A DNA stretch of 64,000 nt, from NCBI GenBank assembly GCA_047967505.1, contig CM106538.1, one strand, 5' to 3'. Within the stretch, counting starts at the first letter, position 1. Each line of letters begins with the position of its first letter. A program made the position numbers and the translations under genes. The stretch is from Dipteris shenzhenensis (lineage: Eukaryota). Positions 28,862 to 40,549 of this stretch are shown piece after piece. Below the pieces are notes generated by a model, which was given only the letters and a program-made list of their open reading frames with translations, was not told where the DNA came from and did not search any database.

Positions 28862-29150
28862 CCATGGTCTCCCGAGTATGGCTGGGTAACTTCCTGCCTG
28901 TATCTTCGATGTCCACTACATAGAAATTGACGGTGGTGGTCAATCCATTGACAGTGATGGGCAAATCCTCAATGACTCCCAGGGTGGCGAGTCGTTGACC
29001 ATCTGCTACCTTGATTTGAGTGGAGGAACACTTTGTGCATTTCAAATTCAATTTCTTTATGATTCGAGGCACCATGATATTACATGCAGCTCCCCCATCA
29101 ACACACACATTTTTTACATGACAATTATCTATGATGACATCTACTGTATG
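28848..29150 (-). pseudogene. Gypsy aspartic protease
   Basis: VDGGAACNIM ... ADG motif. Confidence 0.8.
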
Positions 29151-29290
29151 TGGGTGCTGATCAATTTCTTCAGAGATAGAAGAGACCTCTCATACCTTTC
29201 CCTTTTTCTTGCTCCTCCTTGTTGATAGCCCTTGCTGCAGCTCATGTCTCACCTTAGGGCTTAATGCTATTAGTTAAGGGAGCGTGATGC

Positions 29291-30487
29291 TCAAAGAATG
29301 ATGAGCAAGGTCCTAAATGACCGAATAGTCTTCTTGCCCTGAGCCGATGGGGGCAACCACTTACTCCTACGAGATCTTTTAGTCTTCTCTATTGGCGGGT
29401 CTGCCATCTCAGCATCTGAGGGCTCTGAGAAGGACACCTTCTTCTTGGGGCAGCCTAGTCCATGGTTTGGAGAGGGGTCTGAGGTGGTATGACTTCTTTT
29501 CCCAAAGTCAAGGATCTCTACATCAGAATGCTCAGTGCTAGATTCACTTAGAAGATTCACCCTTGGAATATTGGGACCTTCCGTGTGATAATGACCCTTT
29601 TGGTGGCACTCGTAGCATATAACATTAGCACGGTCTCTTGGAAGGTGGTTGGCTTGATTTCTGATGCCCACCATCTCAAGCCGAATATCAATTCAGGGCC
29701 TTGGCTAGGTCATTGACTCCGGGTTCCTTAGCAGGAGGGGCCGAGGGAGTAGGAACGAGGGGGCTCATGGGCAAGGCTTGGGAAATCTTCTAGATGGAGG
29801 TTGAGGATATACTCCTTGTTGAGGGTAAGCATCTAAGGGAGGACCATAAATTTGAGGTGGAGGCGGTGGATACATCCCTGATGAGGGGTGGGGGTATGCC
29901 CCTAAGTTAGACCCCCTAGGTTGTTGTTGCAAGAATTGAGGGGGTTGCGGAGGGACAATCGTCTTCTTTGAAGCGGGGTCAGACTGAACTTTATCAAACT
30001 TTTAAGCAATCTCATGTGCTAGCACCATAGTTTCTCGATTCTCCCATTTAAGCTTGAGACGGAATTCATCACTTGCTCCTGCTACAAGGTAGCCCAACAC
30101 ATGCTGTCATTCTAGCTCGAAATCTGGCATTGTCCTCCTGCGTGGCAATTAAATGGTCCAAGAGCACGGCCGCTCGATCCACATATCGACGTGCCATCTC
30201 ACCTTCTGACTGCTCAAGTTTGCCACCTATAGGTACACATTCTCCGGCTCCTCTTCTTTGCCGAAATGATCAATCATCACTGTTGTCAACCTTGGCCAGC
30301 TTTGGCAAGCATCTTTGGCCTGCTTCTCATACCACACTTGAGCCAAACCCTCTAGAAATGTGGGAAGAACCAACAGCCATCTATCTTAAGTAAGAAAGTT
30401 GAGAGAAACACAACGGCACTTAAAGGCCACAAGATACTCATTTGGATTTTCTTCAACCCATCCACAAAACACGGGCATATCAGCCAT
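29291..30487 (-). pseudogene. Gypsy gag (disrupted)
   Basis: From ATG 30487: MADMPVFCGWVEENPNEYL...FLEGLAQVWYE...SWPRLTTVMIDHF...KLEQSEGE..RYVDR, then a Pro-rich linker and CYECHQKGH zinc knuckle. Confidence 0.75.
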
Positions 30488-30989
30488 GCTTGGAAAATGG
30501 AAAAGAGAGAGATGAAATGAGGCTTATCTATGGGCAAACAATGGAAAGAGGTAGCTTGAACTGAAAATCAGGTGAAGATACATCCACAAAGCACACATAG
30601 GCAGGGTAGGGTGTGACTGGTGTATTGTGAAATACTACATGCGAAGAATCTTCAGCATAGAATAGCTCATAGACAATCTTAAAAGGACCAACCCTCATGA
30701 TATCACATCCATCTTTACAAGCGAGGGTTAGAGACACGGCGCTGCATGAGGTTCATCAAGGCAAACAAGAATGCCATGACAAATGTCAACAGTTGGAGAG
30801 TTTGCACATCACCTTCAGCTTCTTCCAGTTCTTGTAATCGCCATGCTATTTCTTCAAGGGGTGTGCGGTCTGGCATCCTTCTTTTGAGCAATGTCCTTGA
30901 GGACCTTTTTGATGATCTTTTGAAGTCGGTAAACTCGTATCAAATATGCCCAACACTTAGTTTCATGATGACCACAACCTTTGCGTTCC

Positions 30990-31455
30990 TTACAAACGAT
31001 CACCCTCCTTCGTGGCTTGCAGCTTTGTTTGGGTGGTGCTTCCACTCGCGTCATACGTGATTGAAGTACAAGCTTCACGTGCCAAGAAATCAGCAACTAT
31101 ATTTTGAGCTCGAGGGATATGCTAAATTTTTACCTCTTCAAATTGTTGGCATAGTTCCAAATGCTTGTTGATGTCGTGGAACCAAGCCTTTGCTCTGCAC
31201 CTTCCACCTTCCACTAACTTGTTCACACACGAGTTGAGAATCTCCTTGCACCTCAAGTTGCTTGATGCGATGTTCTTGTGCCTTTTGTAGCCCAAAAATG
31301 AGTGACGAGTACTCAGCTTGGTTACAAGTACTTGCTGGTGCAAACTTGCTATAACAATACACCTCACCCCCTAGTGAAGTGAGCTTCACACCCACACCAG
31401 CAACCTTGGTCGAAGGTTTGTATGCGCCATCAAATTGGAGGATCCAAGATGTCAT
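30990..31455 (-). pseudogene. Archaeal-type RNase HI (aRH) as a stand-alone ORF upstream of gag
   Basis: MTSWILQFDGA...NQAEY...VQGDSQLV...HIPRAQNIVADFLA; one frameshift near 31160 and one in-frame TAG. Confidence 0.88.
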
Positions 31456-32295
31456 CACACCAAGACTAAAATCCGAACATCCCAAGTTTCTCAGTAGTCC
31501 AAGATAGGTAGAAGGAGAGGGTGGGGAGAATTCAATACTTGAGCCAAATGTTTAGCACCAAATAAACTTGCAATCCTTTTGTTGATAGTTTATCTTTATA
31601 CCAAAAAGAATTACAATTTGAAGCTCAAAATGAGGCACAAAGAGTTGATTAGGTACAAAGGGATTCCTTGGTCAAAACATTACCAGCTATAGCTGAGCCC
31701 TAGAAACCTTTGTAGTGAGATTGAGAATAACCCATTCAAGACGAGCTTATCCACAAGAATTAATAAGCAGATGCACCAAATCTCCCCCCAAGCTTGGGGA
31801 GCATCCCACCCTTCAAAGAAGGACACCCTTTTAATTACCTCCAAAGCAGCAAGTAGCTCGATCACCGCACAATGAGTAGAATTAAAATCAAAGTTCTCCT
31901 AGCGTATCACTAGTTCTTCACCTTGAATCATCCACGGTGTATCATCCCACCCATCGTCTCCTTGAGCAATGCATTGTACAATCAATTATTGTAGATCGAC
32001 ATGAAGATCAAGAAAGAGATCTCGCCCATTGGTAGCCGTAAGGCATGGAGGACCAGGCACCAAATCCTTAAACTCGTCGAGAAGTGACATAAATATCCAC
32101 CCTCCTCGTGTGGCGTGCATCCGTGAAGTGAACTTGGAAAAGTTCCAAATCGGTGATCTAGTAGGAGATGTGAATAGAGCACATGAAATGAAATACTTTT
32201 GCTTTTTATAGCAAGAGGAAACTCCCCACGGTTAGAGAGTTACAGTTCCCGAGATTTCAATATATAGCAAAATTCATTACATTTTCATCACTTCC

Positions 32296-32366
32296 TACTT
32301 GCTAGCCCAATGATAAGTCTCCCTTTTGTGAAGGGGGAGGTCTTGGGTTCAAATCCCACTCTTTAA
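32296..32366 (+). ncRNA. tRNA-like (GUG/His anticodon) module lacking an acceptor stem; not a functional tRNA
   Basis: A-box-like TAGCCCAATGATAAG, arm CCCTT-TTGTGAA-GGGGG, variable loop AGGTC and T-arm TTGGG-TTCAAAT-CCCAC, in canonical tRNA spacing. Confidence 0.6.
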
Positions 32367-32820
32367 TAAAAAGAGAGGAGAGGAGAGGAGGAGAAGAGAA
32401 AGAGGAGAGGAAGAAGAAGATAAGAGAGGGGGGCACAGGATCTGTTACAGTTTTGCAGAAACCCAAAAAAATTGTCCACGACCAGAAGACACAGGAGCCT
32501 AAAAAACCATCACAATCTATCTACGATGCGCACGGGTGTACACAGTGGATGCACGTAGGAGCTCAGAGGGAGCACAGATGTTACAGGTCTACAATTACGA
32601 CCGGTACGAGCAGAAGATTCGCCAACCAGAATACACACAGGAACCGTGAGCAGAAAGCAGGCAGACTGGAAGTGCAGAAGTAGGGAGGTTTTGTAGCCGT
32701 AGAGACAAGGAAGGCACACAGTTTAGAGGTGCAAAAGTAGAGAACTACGCACGGAAGAGGCCGTAGAGCCGCACCCAGTCGTAGGAGTAACAGATTTTAC
32801 ACCACTAGCCATGGAGATTT

Positions 32821-32840
32821 CGATCCCAATAGCCACACCA
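32821..32840 (-). promoter_or_regulatory. Primer binding site, probably tRNA-His
   Basis: TGGTGTGGCTATTGGGATCG lies 4 nt after the 5' LTR. It resembles the complement of the plant tRNA-His 3' end (...CCCAGCAGCCACACCA, recalled, not verified). Confidence 0.7.
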
Positions 32841-32844
32841 TTTC

Positions 32845-33842
32845 TATTACCTAGAAAAGAAATTAGGACAAGAGGTTAGACACTAAGCATGGCAATGCTC
32901 TAGGGCCATAGAGAAAGGAGAACGTGAGGGCGAAACGTTATCATGGGTGGGGAAAAGGGATTAGAAGGGGAGGGAATGAAGAGGGAGACTATGGCACAAG
33001 GGGAAAGGGAGAGGGGAAAGAGAAGCATGTACATGATGGGAGGAGGAATGTAAAGATCGAGACATCAAGGGAAGAGGATCATGCTTTATTTGAAAGGAAG
33101 GGAAGGGGGAAATCAAAGTACTAGCTAGGTGGCTTTACAAGAATGAGTGTGTCTCATCAAGGAATAGCCCCCTCCTTTTATAGCCAAGAGAGGGGGTCTC
33201 TCCCAATAAATGCATCCTCCCACATGCATGGTGTGTGTGGAAGAGTCTTCCATGTGGGCTAGGCAGATACACACTCTCAATTGTGTGCGATAAGGCTTGG
33301 CCACATTTTTCCACATATATCAACTCCCATATCCCAAGTCTATGATACTCCCTTGGTCTCTTCCCAATTTTATAATACGTTCAAACATCTAGGAGGACAA
33401 GTGGAGGGTTGGCACAAGGAATCTTGCCACCTCATCCTACTTTCCCCATTATTTAACTTGCATTCTTGGACCTTCTATACCTCCCCCACATGGGCCTATG
33501 CTATATGGAGGGAATAACGCAATATAATATCCATCTCCACCTTTTTTATATTACTTCTCCCATGGACTTTGGGCAATATCTCACTAATGCAGGCATGGGA
33601 CCGCCTAGGTGGAGGGGTGGCACATGGAGGAGCCATGCCACCTTAACATTTTATAATATTACTACCATGGATTATGTGCAACACACCTTATGGGTCCTCT
33701 TACGTGGAAGGGTGGCACATGTCATGCCCTGCCACCTCCACCCTGGTCCCAATGCACTCCATATTTTATTATACTATTGCCACAAATACAAGCACACACT
33801 CATATTTATGCCTTTTTACTTTGGTCAAATTTATCCATAACA
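32845..33842 (-). repeat. 5' LTR of the Gypsy element
   Basis: Starts TGTTATGG on the minus strand; direct repeat of 24837-25836. Confidence 0.9.
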
Positions 33843-34097
33843 GTTCCCCCCCCCCCAGGCAGGGAATGCATAACATTTCCATGCCTGGGTCCACCACGCA
33901 CAAAGAAGGGCTTGAGGTAACACTTGTTGATCACCTTCTTGCCATATGGCTCATGCAGCTCTTGAACTTGTACAGACCCATTGCTACGTTCCTTGATGAC
34001 TTTGTATGGACCGGTCCACAATGGAAGGAACTTCTTATCCATTTGGTGGTCCAATCTAGTATCAAAGCATAGCACAACGTCCCCCTCAGCAAAGTGT
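33843..34097 (-). mobile_element. Extra PPT plus integrase C-terminus in front of the 5' LTR
   Basis: Near-identical to 25837-26092 (LPLWTGPY); ends abruptly in (GT)n. Confidence 0.88.
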
Positions 34098-34259
34098 GTG
34101 TGTGTGTGTGTGTAAAGAAATAAGTGTCTCTGTGTGTGAGATACATTTACTAATTAATATTATTGTCTCTGTGTGTGTGTATGTGTGTGTGTGGGGGGGG
34201 GGGGGCTGGGTGGATGGGTGGGTGGGTGGGTGTTTGTGTGTGTGTGGCCCACCACTCGC

Positions 34260-37200
34260 AACCTAGAGGGTAAGACCACATGGTGGGGATTAAGCCCACC
34301 ATGTGGAACTTAACTATTATTGAGAGCTGGGTAAGGACAAACTGGGTGAGGAAAGGGCTTATGGCAATTACTATAAGATTCCTTAGAAAGGGATTCTTTA
34401 TCTTCCTCTTTGAGAAACTTGGCATGGCTGCTAGTGCCTTACAGTATGGTCTTTCGACTATCAGGCATCAACCTTTGTATCTTGAAAGGTGGTTCCATGA
34501 CTTCTCACCTAATCATCCAAGATCTACTATGACCCCTGTCTAGGTAGAATTCCTTGATCTTCCTCTCTCCCTTTGCAATCAATTATATTCCTTATGGAGT
34601 GGTCTAGGAGAGGTGGTTGATGTTGAGAACCAAATCTTTGTTAACCTAGAGGTAATCCTCAGGTATGTATTAAGATGGATATTGTAGAGAGCCACCAAGC
34701 ACTCTTGTAGCTCTTAATAGGAATGGAAGTGTGTTTAGAGAGCAAAAACTCTTGTACAAAAATCTTCCAAGTTCTTGCTTCCTTTGTGGTTGACTAGCCA
34801 TGCTGTTAAAAATTGCCTTCAGAAGAGGGCTAAACCTAGGCCTGGTGCTGCCCCTACCCCCAAAGAAGCAAGAGTCATAGAAAAGTGGTTACCCAAACCT
34901 CCTAGCTCTGCAGCTAAGTCTAGTCCTCAAGTGTGAATTCCTCCAATCCTAAAACATTTGTTGACAAAGTTAAGGAAAGGATGCCCACTACAATCCTCTC
35001 AAAAAATGTTTTTGATGCTCTAGTTGACAAAGAAACTGAGGATTGGATTAAGAAGAACCAAAATGATGACATAGACATTCAAGTTTGAAGCAGGTTGGTC
35101 TAAGGACTTTTAAGATGACATTAATAGAGATAATGCCATGACCAAAATAAGGTTAAGTAAGGAAGAGTCTGAAGGTGAGCATGATGCTCTTAATGCAGGA
35201 GAAAAGCATCAATAGGATGCTCTTAATTTAGGTCTCAAGCCAAGGTTTCCTCACCTCAAGTGAACAACCTAAACCCTAGGGCTAAAAAGGGGCAAAGAAA
35301 GAATGGTTAATAAATAGATTTCTTTTTTGTCTCTATATGTTAGAGGGCTTACAGACCCTGGTAGAGGTTATGAATTGACTCACTAGTTCAGAGCTAACAA
35401 CCTTTCCACTATTTTTATTGCTTTACAAGAGGTCAAAGTTACTAGGATAACTCTAGAAAGTAGATTGAAATATGTGGATAAAAGAAGGGTTTGGTCTTTC
35501 ACAAACCATGAGGAAGGTAAAGGAGGAAATGCTATTGGGGTTTTGTCTCATTATAGCAATGGTATCACCAGTGTTGTACTAGATGCTAATAATAGATGGC
35601 TCTTGCTTTAATGTTCCATTGAAGAGCAGGACTTCAACTTCATTTCTATTTATGCTTCAAACAATATTCAGGACAAAAAGGCCACTTGGGATTCTCTGAT
35701 GGACATAGATGGCAATGCATTTACTCCAGGAGACTTCAATATGGTTGAAGAGAGTGCTTACAGATGGCTTGGGAAAGGGACAATCACATCAAAGGAGGTG
35801 AGCAGTCAGCATGGGAAGATTTCAAAGAGTCTCTATGCCTTGTGGATTCTTTTGTCAAAGGCACTTTTACTTGGTGCAACTGTCAAAAACAGATGTGAGT
35901 AGGAGGGAGGCCAGACTAGATAGAATCTATGTCTCTCAGGATCTACTTAGTCGATTTAGTTTTATTAAAAGTTAGACTTTCTCTTCTCTCTGCCTCTTTA
36001 ACCACAAACTTGTGCTTCTTACTTGTGACTTTGGACTACGTCAGGAGTCTTCTTCTTGGTTCAAAGCTGATCCCAAGCTTTTTGACCTAAAAAGTGTTCA
36101 AGAGAGTGTCATGAATGTCTAGCAGAGTGCCTTTACTAATGGTAAAAATGTTTATGATGCTTGGATTACAATAGTTGAGCTTACTCAAGAATTACTAAAA
36201 AAGGCTAGAAGACACAGGGCTAAAATTAGTGCTAGAAGAATGGACAGGTTGCAGACTACAATTAGCAGCCTAGAATTGCTTGCCAGCACGTAAGGGGATC
36301 CTCGGGCTCAAGCTGGTCTTTTGATAAAAAGAAAGGAGGTCAGGAGGCAAGAGCAGATTATCCTCAATCATTCTTAAGTGTACTTCAAGGACTGGTAGGT
36401 AGGTAAGGTGGACAAACCCTCTGGGGAATACTTTAAACTGATAAGAAGAAAAAGAGCAAATGAAGAAGTACCACTACTTAGAAAGGTAGATAACACTCTT
36501 GTTTCTTCCTCTAAAGATAATGTGGAGCTTATTAATTTACATTTCAAACCTATCTACTATCCTCCATAATAATCCCTGATGATAAGGTTAACAGAGCCAG
36601 GGACATTTGCAGACTTACTAGAGAGAGGACTATGCACAACTTTGACAATGTCTACCTTGAAAAACCCCTCTCCTTGGAGGAGCTCAAGGAAGCAGTCAAA
36701 GTAATGGCAAATGGCAAAAAACCTGGTGAAGACGGACTTCCTATAGAATTTTATAAGTTGTTTTGGGAAATAGTTGGACCTTACCTTTTGCTTCTCTTGT
36801 AGGAGAGTGTCAGAGATAAGCCCTTCCTCCTCATGTTAATGGTAATTTCATCAAGCTGATACCTAAGGATGGGGATAAAGAGGAGCTCAAAAACTAGAGA
36901 CCTCTTACTATGCTTAACTGTACCTGAAAGAATTTTGCCAAAGCACTTGCTCTCAGAATTCAAAAAAGAATGGATTCTTGGATCGTTCAAGAGCAAAAAG
37001 GCTTCACTAAAGGAAGACACTTATTAGAGGCCATAATCCACATTTGGGAGGGCTGTGAGTATGCAAAAAGAGACTAAGCATGATATTTTCTCTCGAGGTT
37101 GATCTTGACAAGGCATATGACAGGTTAGACTGGGACTTTGTTATTCAAGCTCTCACAGACATGGGCCTTGGCTCTCAATATATTTCTTTCATAAGAATTC

Positions 37201-39500
37201 TACTTACTAATGCCTCAGCTAAGATATGTGTAAATAGAGCTATGAGCCAATCCTTTTCTCTTAAAAGATCCATTAGATGATAGGGCTGTGCCATAACTCC
37301 TCTTTAATTTGTATAGCTATGTTGACTCTTTGGGGTGGCTTCTCCAGAGCTGGAGACATGAAAGGTATAGAGGTCTATTCTGGAAAGTAGTTGATGTGCC
37401 AACAGTTTGCAGCTGACACCAATCTGACACCAAGGAACAATGAGCAGGATATCAAAAGGGTAATGGAATCTTCAGACACTTTTTTTTGCAAGGCCTCATG
37501 ATCCAAGATCAATCACACTAAGGCTAGATATGCCACTCTAAGAGGAGAAGAGAAAGGAGTCCTAGAGGAACTTGGAGGTCACAAAATCAAGCAAGGTACT
37601 ATTTTTAGACTACTTGGGGATACCTCTGGGGTTTGACATTTCAATGAAGCAGAGGTGGGACTGGATCATGGTTAGATTCTAGAAAAAGGTAGATAAATGG
37701 AGAGGATTCTAGGCTAATTTAGGTGGTAGAAGGCTTGTCCTTAATCATTGCATTTATCCCATTGCTATTTTTAACCTAACATGTCGGTCCTCCTCCAAGA
37801 CAGTTCTTGATAGATTCATTAGAATTTTTAGATCTTTCCTCTGGGGTGGAATTTTTAGATCTTTCCTCTGGGGTGAGAATAAAAAGAAAGTTAGATGGAG
37901 CTTATGTATAAAACCTAAAGATGAAGGTGGACTAGGGATCATAGACATAGAACTAGCTGCTAGAAAGCTCTCGGCCACCTAGGTCATTAAAGCTATTCTT
38001 TATCCTTAGGGGATTCGGCTCAGCTTCTTCTCAGACATGTCAGCCACCTTAGACCTCTGAGAGCCCTCAATTGGAAAATCTATCCCACCCTATTTGCTAT
38101 CTGTAACCCTGAGCCCTACAAGGCTAAAGGGAACCAACTCTTGCAGTCCTTATGGAGGGCTTTTGAGGAAAGCAAATGTCAAATTGTGTTCTCAGGAAAA
38201 GGGGCTTTTATGTCTTTAGACAGCATACGGGTCCCAACAATCTTCAGAAGCTCTGTTCTCACTAATGAGGATTTCTTAATGGCTTGCTAATTATTCAAGA
38301 AAGGTTTGTAGAGTTGGGGACAGCTTTGGAACAGAGAAGAATATAGATGGAAGACTTGGGCCGAGATAAGAAGGGAATTTGCCCTCAATAACCAACATCA
38401 AGGTCTAGTCATGAATAGAGTTCAGCTGTGGGAAGGAGACACACAGTGGAAGGGTGGAACATTCCTGGTGTATAGTAGGGAGTTTAGTTGGATTTGGAGC
38501 TCCTCTTTTTTCCTATCCCTACTCCTGCTAGGGACATTGATGATCTTTTTAAAGTTTTAAATACTAGATGGAATCTGCATGACTCAAAATTCAAAAGGAA
38601 GGCCATATTCAACTCCACTTGATTGAAAAGTGTCCTTGATAAAATGTCTATTCTTTTATGGATGATCTTACACAAGGCTGCTTGGAAAAATGTTAGAGGT
38701 CTTAGGATTGGCAAGAGTGATGGGAAATGCATGAGATGCTCTGGCTTTAATGAAGACATCTTTCATTTCTTTATTGCTTGTCCCCAAGCTAGAAGAGTTT
38801 GGAAGATTATACAGGTAGAAATAAGTGAACCTATCAATAGGAAAGCCATCCTTTTAGGTGATGCTGGCAAAGACAAAGCAAGACATTTGGACACAAATAA
38901 GAGCCAATGCTCTTTGGTACATTTGGGTGTGCAAGAATAATTTCCAATTTAATCTTATTGATCTTTCTACTAACATTTGTTTCCTTGCTTGGTGGGACAG
39001 GAAAAAAGGAGAATTGAAGAGTTGCTTGCCAAGTACAAAGAAGGCCATACCAAAATCAGTAATGACTTGGATGCACACATGCAAAATTATCTTATGGCCA
39101 GACACAATATAGTTCTTCAAGATGCAGCCCACGTTGATGTTGCTAGTACCAATCTGTATGCTTCTAGGTGTTTTCCCAAGAAAGAGGACTTGCACTCTAG
39201 CCCTTCTTTTGATGCTGATGATTCTTCCTTGTCTAAAGACACATCTTCTTTTGATGACACCTCTGATGACGACCTAGATTTGGACTCTGCTGACACCTCT
39301 GATGGCTCTTCTCCTTGTTATTATAGACTAATATATTCTACACCTCTGGTTCTATCCTTTGTTTCCCCCTTTGGGTGTTTCTCTACTGATGACTATGTTC
39401 CTCTATACACCTTTTTGGATCAAGGTGGACTATGTACAAAGATATGACTGTTAAATTTAATATTATGTAAAACCTTTTCTCTGCTCAAAAAACTAAAATC
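34260..39500 (+). mobile_element. Decayed, 5'-truncated L1-clade LINE (ORF1 and ORF2)
   Basis: ORF1 has a DUF4283-like region (IRFLRKGFFIFLF..PLYLERW) and a CFLCG..H..C knuckle. ORF2 has APE motifs (VRGL, LQE, GDFN), RT motifs (KPGEDGLPIEFYK, DLDKAYDRLDW, QFAADT, PKDEGGLG) and zf-RVT (CMRC..EDIFHFFIAC). A-rich end near 39490; many stops. Confidence 0.88.
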
Positions 39501-40549
39501 CACTAGTAATGACTCTCATCCCTATACATAACATATTGCTTATCCTAGATAACTATATTCCCATGTTCGTCATATTCTTTATGCTCCAACTCTAAATCTA
39601 ACTAAGAAATAGGTATGTCAGTATCAAAAGATAGAATAAATCCAAAGAGAAGCATACTTACCTCCTTACTTAGTAGAACTCCAAAGATGCCCAAATACAC
39701 TACCACTAGCTAGAGCCTTTGTTAAGGCTTCTTGAGTAGCAAAAGGAAAGCAAACAATTATGGGGTGAAAACCAAAAGTTTCTAGGTCCAGATTGGGAGT
39801 TGCCGTCCATTTGCATGACTATGTTGAATGGAGGTGCAAATTTGTCATGAGGACAAATTTGAATGTGCCTCTCATATAAGGGGGTGAAAACCATAAGTAA
39901 GTTGCCATCCATTTTCATGACTATGTTGAATGGAGGTATTTTGTCATGAGGGGTCACCTACTTGGCACTGCAAATAAATCTATTGCACTTTGCATGCTCC
40001 AAGGGCACACTACAATTGCTTGGCATTTAAAATATAAACTAGAGGAAAATGGAAAAAGGTGAAAAAGAACAATTTGGGAAGTTATGAGCGATAGTTACAA
40101 CTTTGCATCCATCATTCCAACATAGTCTTAGATCCTAATCATACAACCTCACATGTAGTGGGGCTAGAAGTATTGGTGGCAGCATACCTCAAGCATGGAA
40201 TGAAGAAAATCAATAAAATTGGAGTTACTGTTGGACTGGAATTCAGTGCATTCAGCAACCACCAATTATAGAGAGTATTTGGATCTAGAACTTGGAGAAG
40301 GCTCAATACATTCTTCGTCTACTGATTTTGCATTCTAGTTATCCCATTGAGTATGGTTTGATAACATAAACATGCAAGATGCATAGGATTTCATCGCATG
40401 AAATGGTGTGGATTTCAAACGTCTCACTTATAACGCCTTGCAGGTAACTAAAATAGCCGAGCAAAATATCACAACAATAGTAGTATTTTTCAGCTCTTAC
40501 ATAGCTCAGATGCACAACACTTTTTGATGGATAGATAAATATAACAAGA

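Larger units (their letters stand above)
24837..33842 (-). mobile_element. Full-length Ty3/Gypsy LTR retrotransposon, non-chromovirus Tat/Athila-like, with accessory ORFs including archaeal-type RNase H
   Basis: ~1-kb LTRs with TGTTA...TAACA-type termini, PBS, polypurine tract (PPT), and gag-PR-RT-RH-INT order with a GPY motif. The ORFs carry stops and frameshifts. Confidence 0.93.

Noticed and set aside
31550-31560. Second PBS-like TGGTGCTAAAC just upstream of aRH (possible nested element)
   Set aside because: No adjacent repeated LTR, CA terminus or TSD; kept only as an alternative to test.
37824-39951. Small local tandem duplications (~37824-37878, ~39760-39950; also ~12146-12275 and ~15546-15635)
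   Set aside because: Two-copy slippage duplications without spacers; not CRISPR-like and no evident function.
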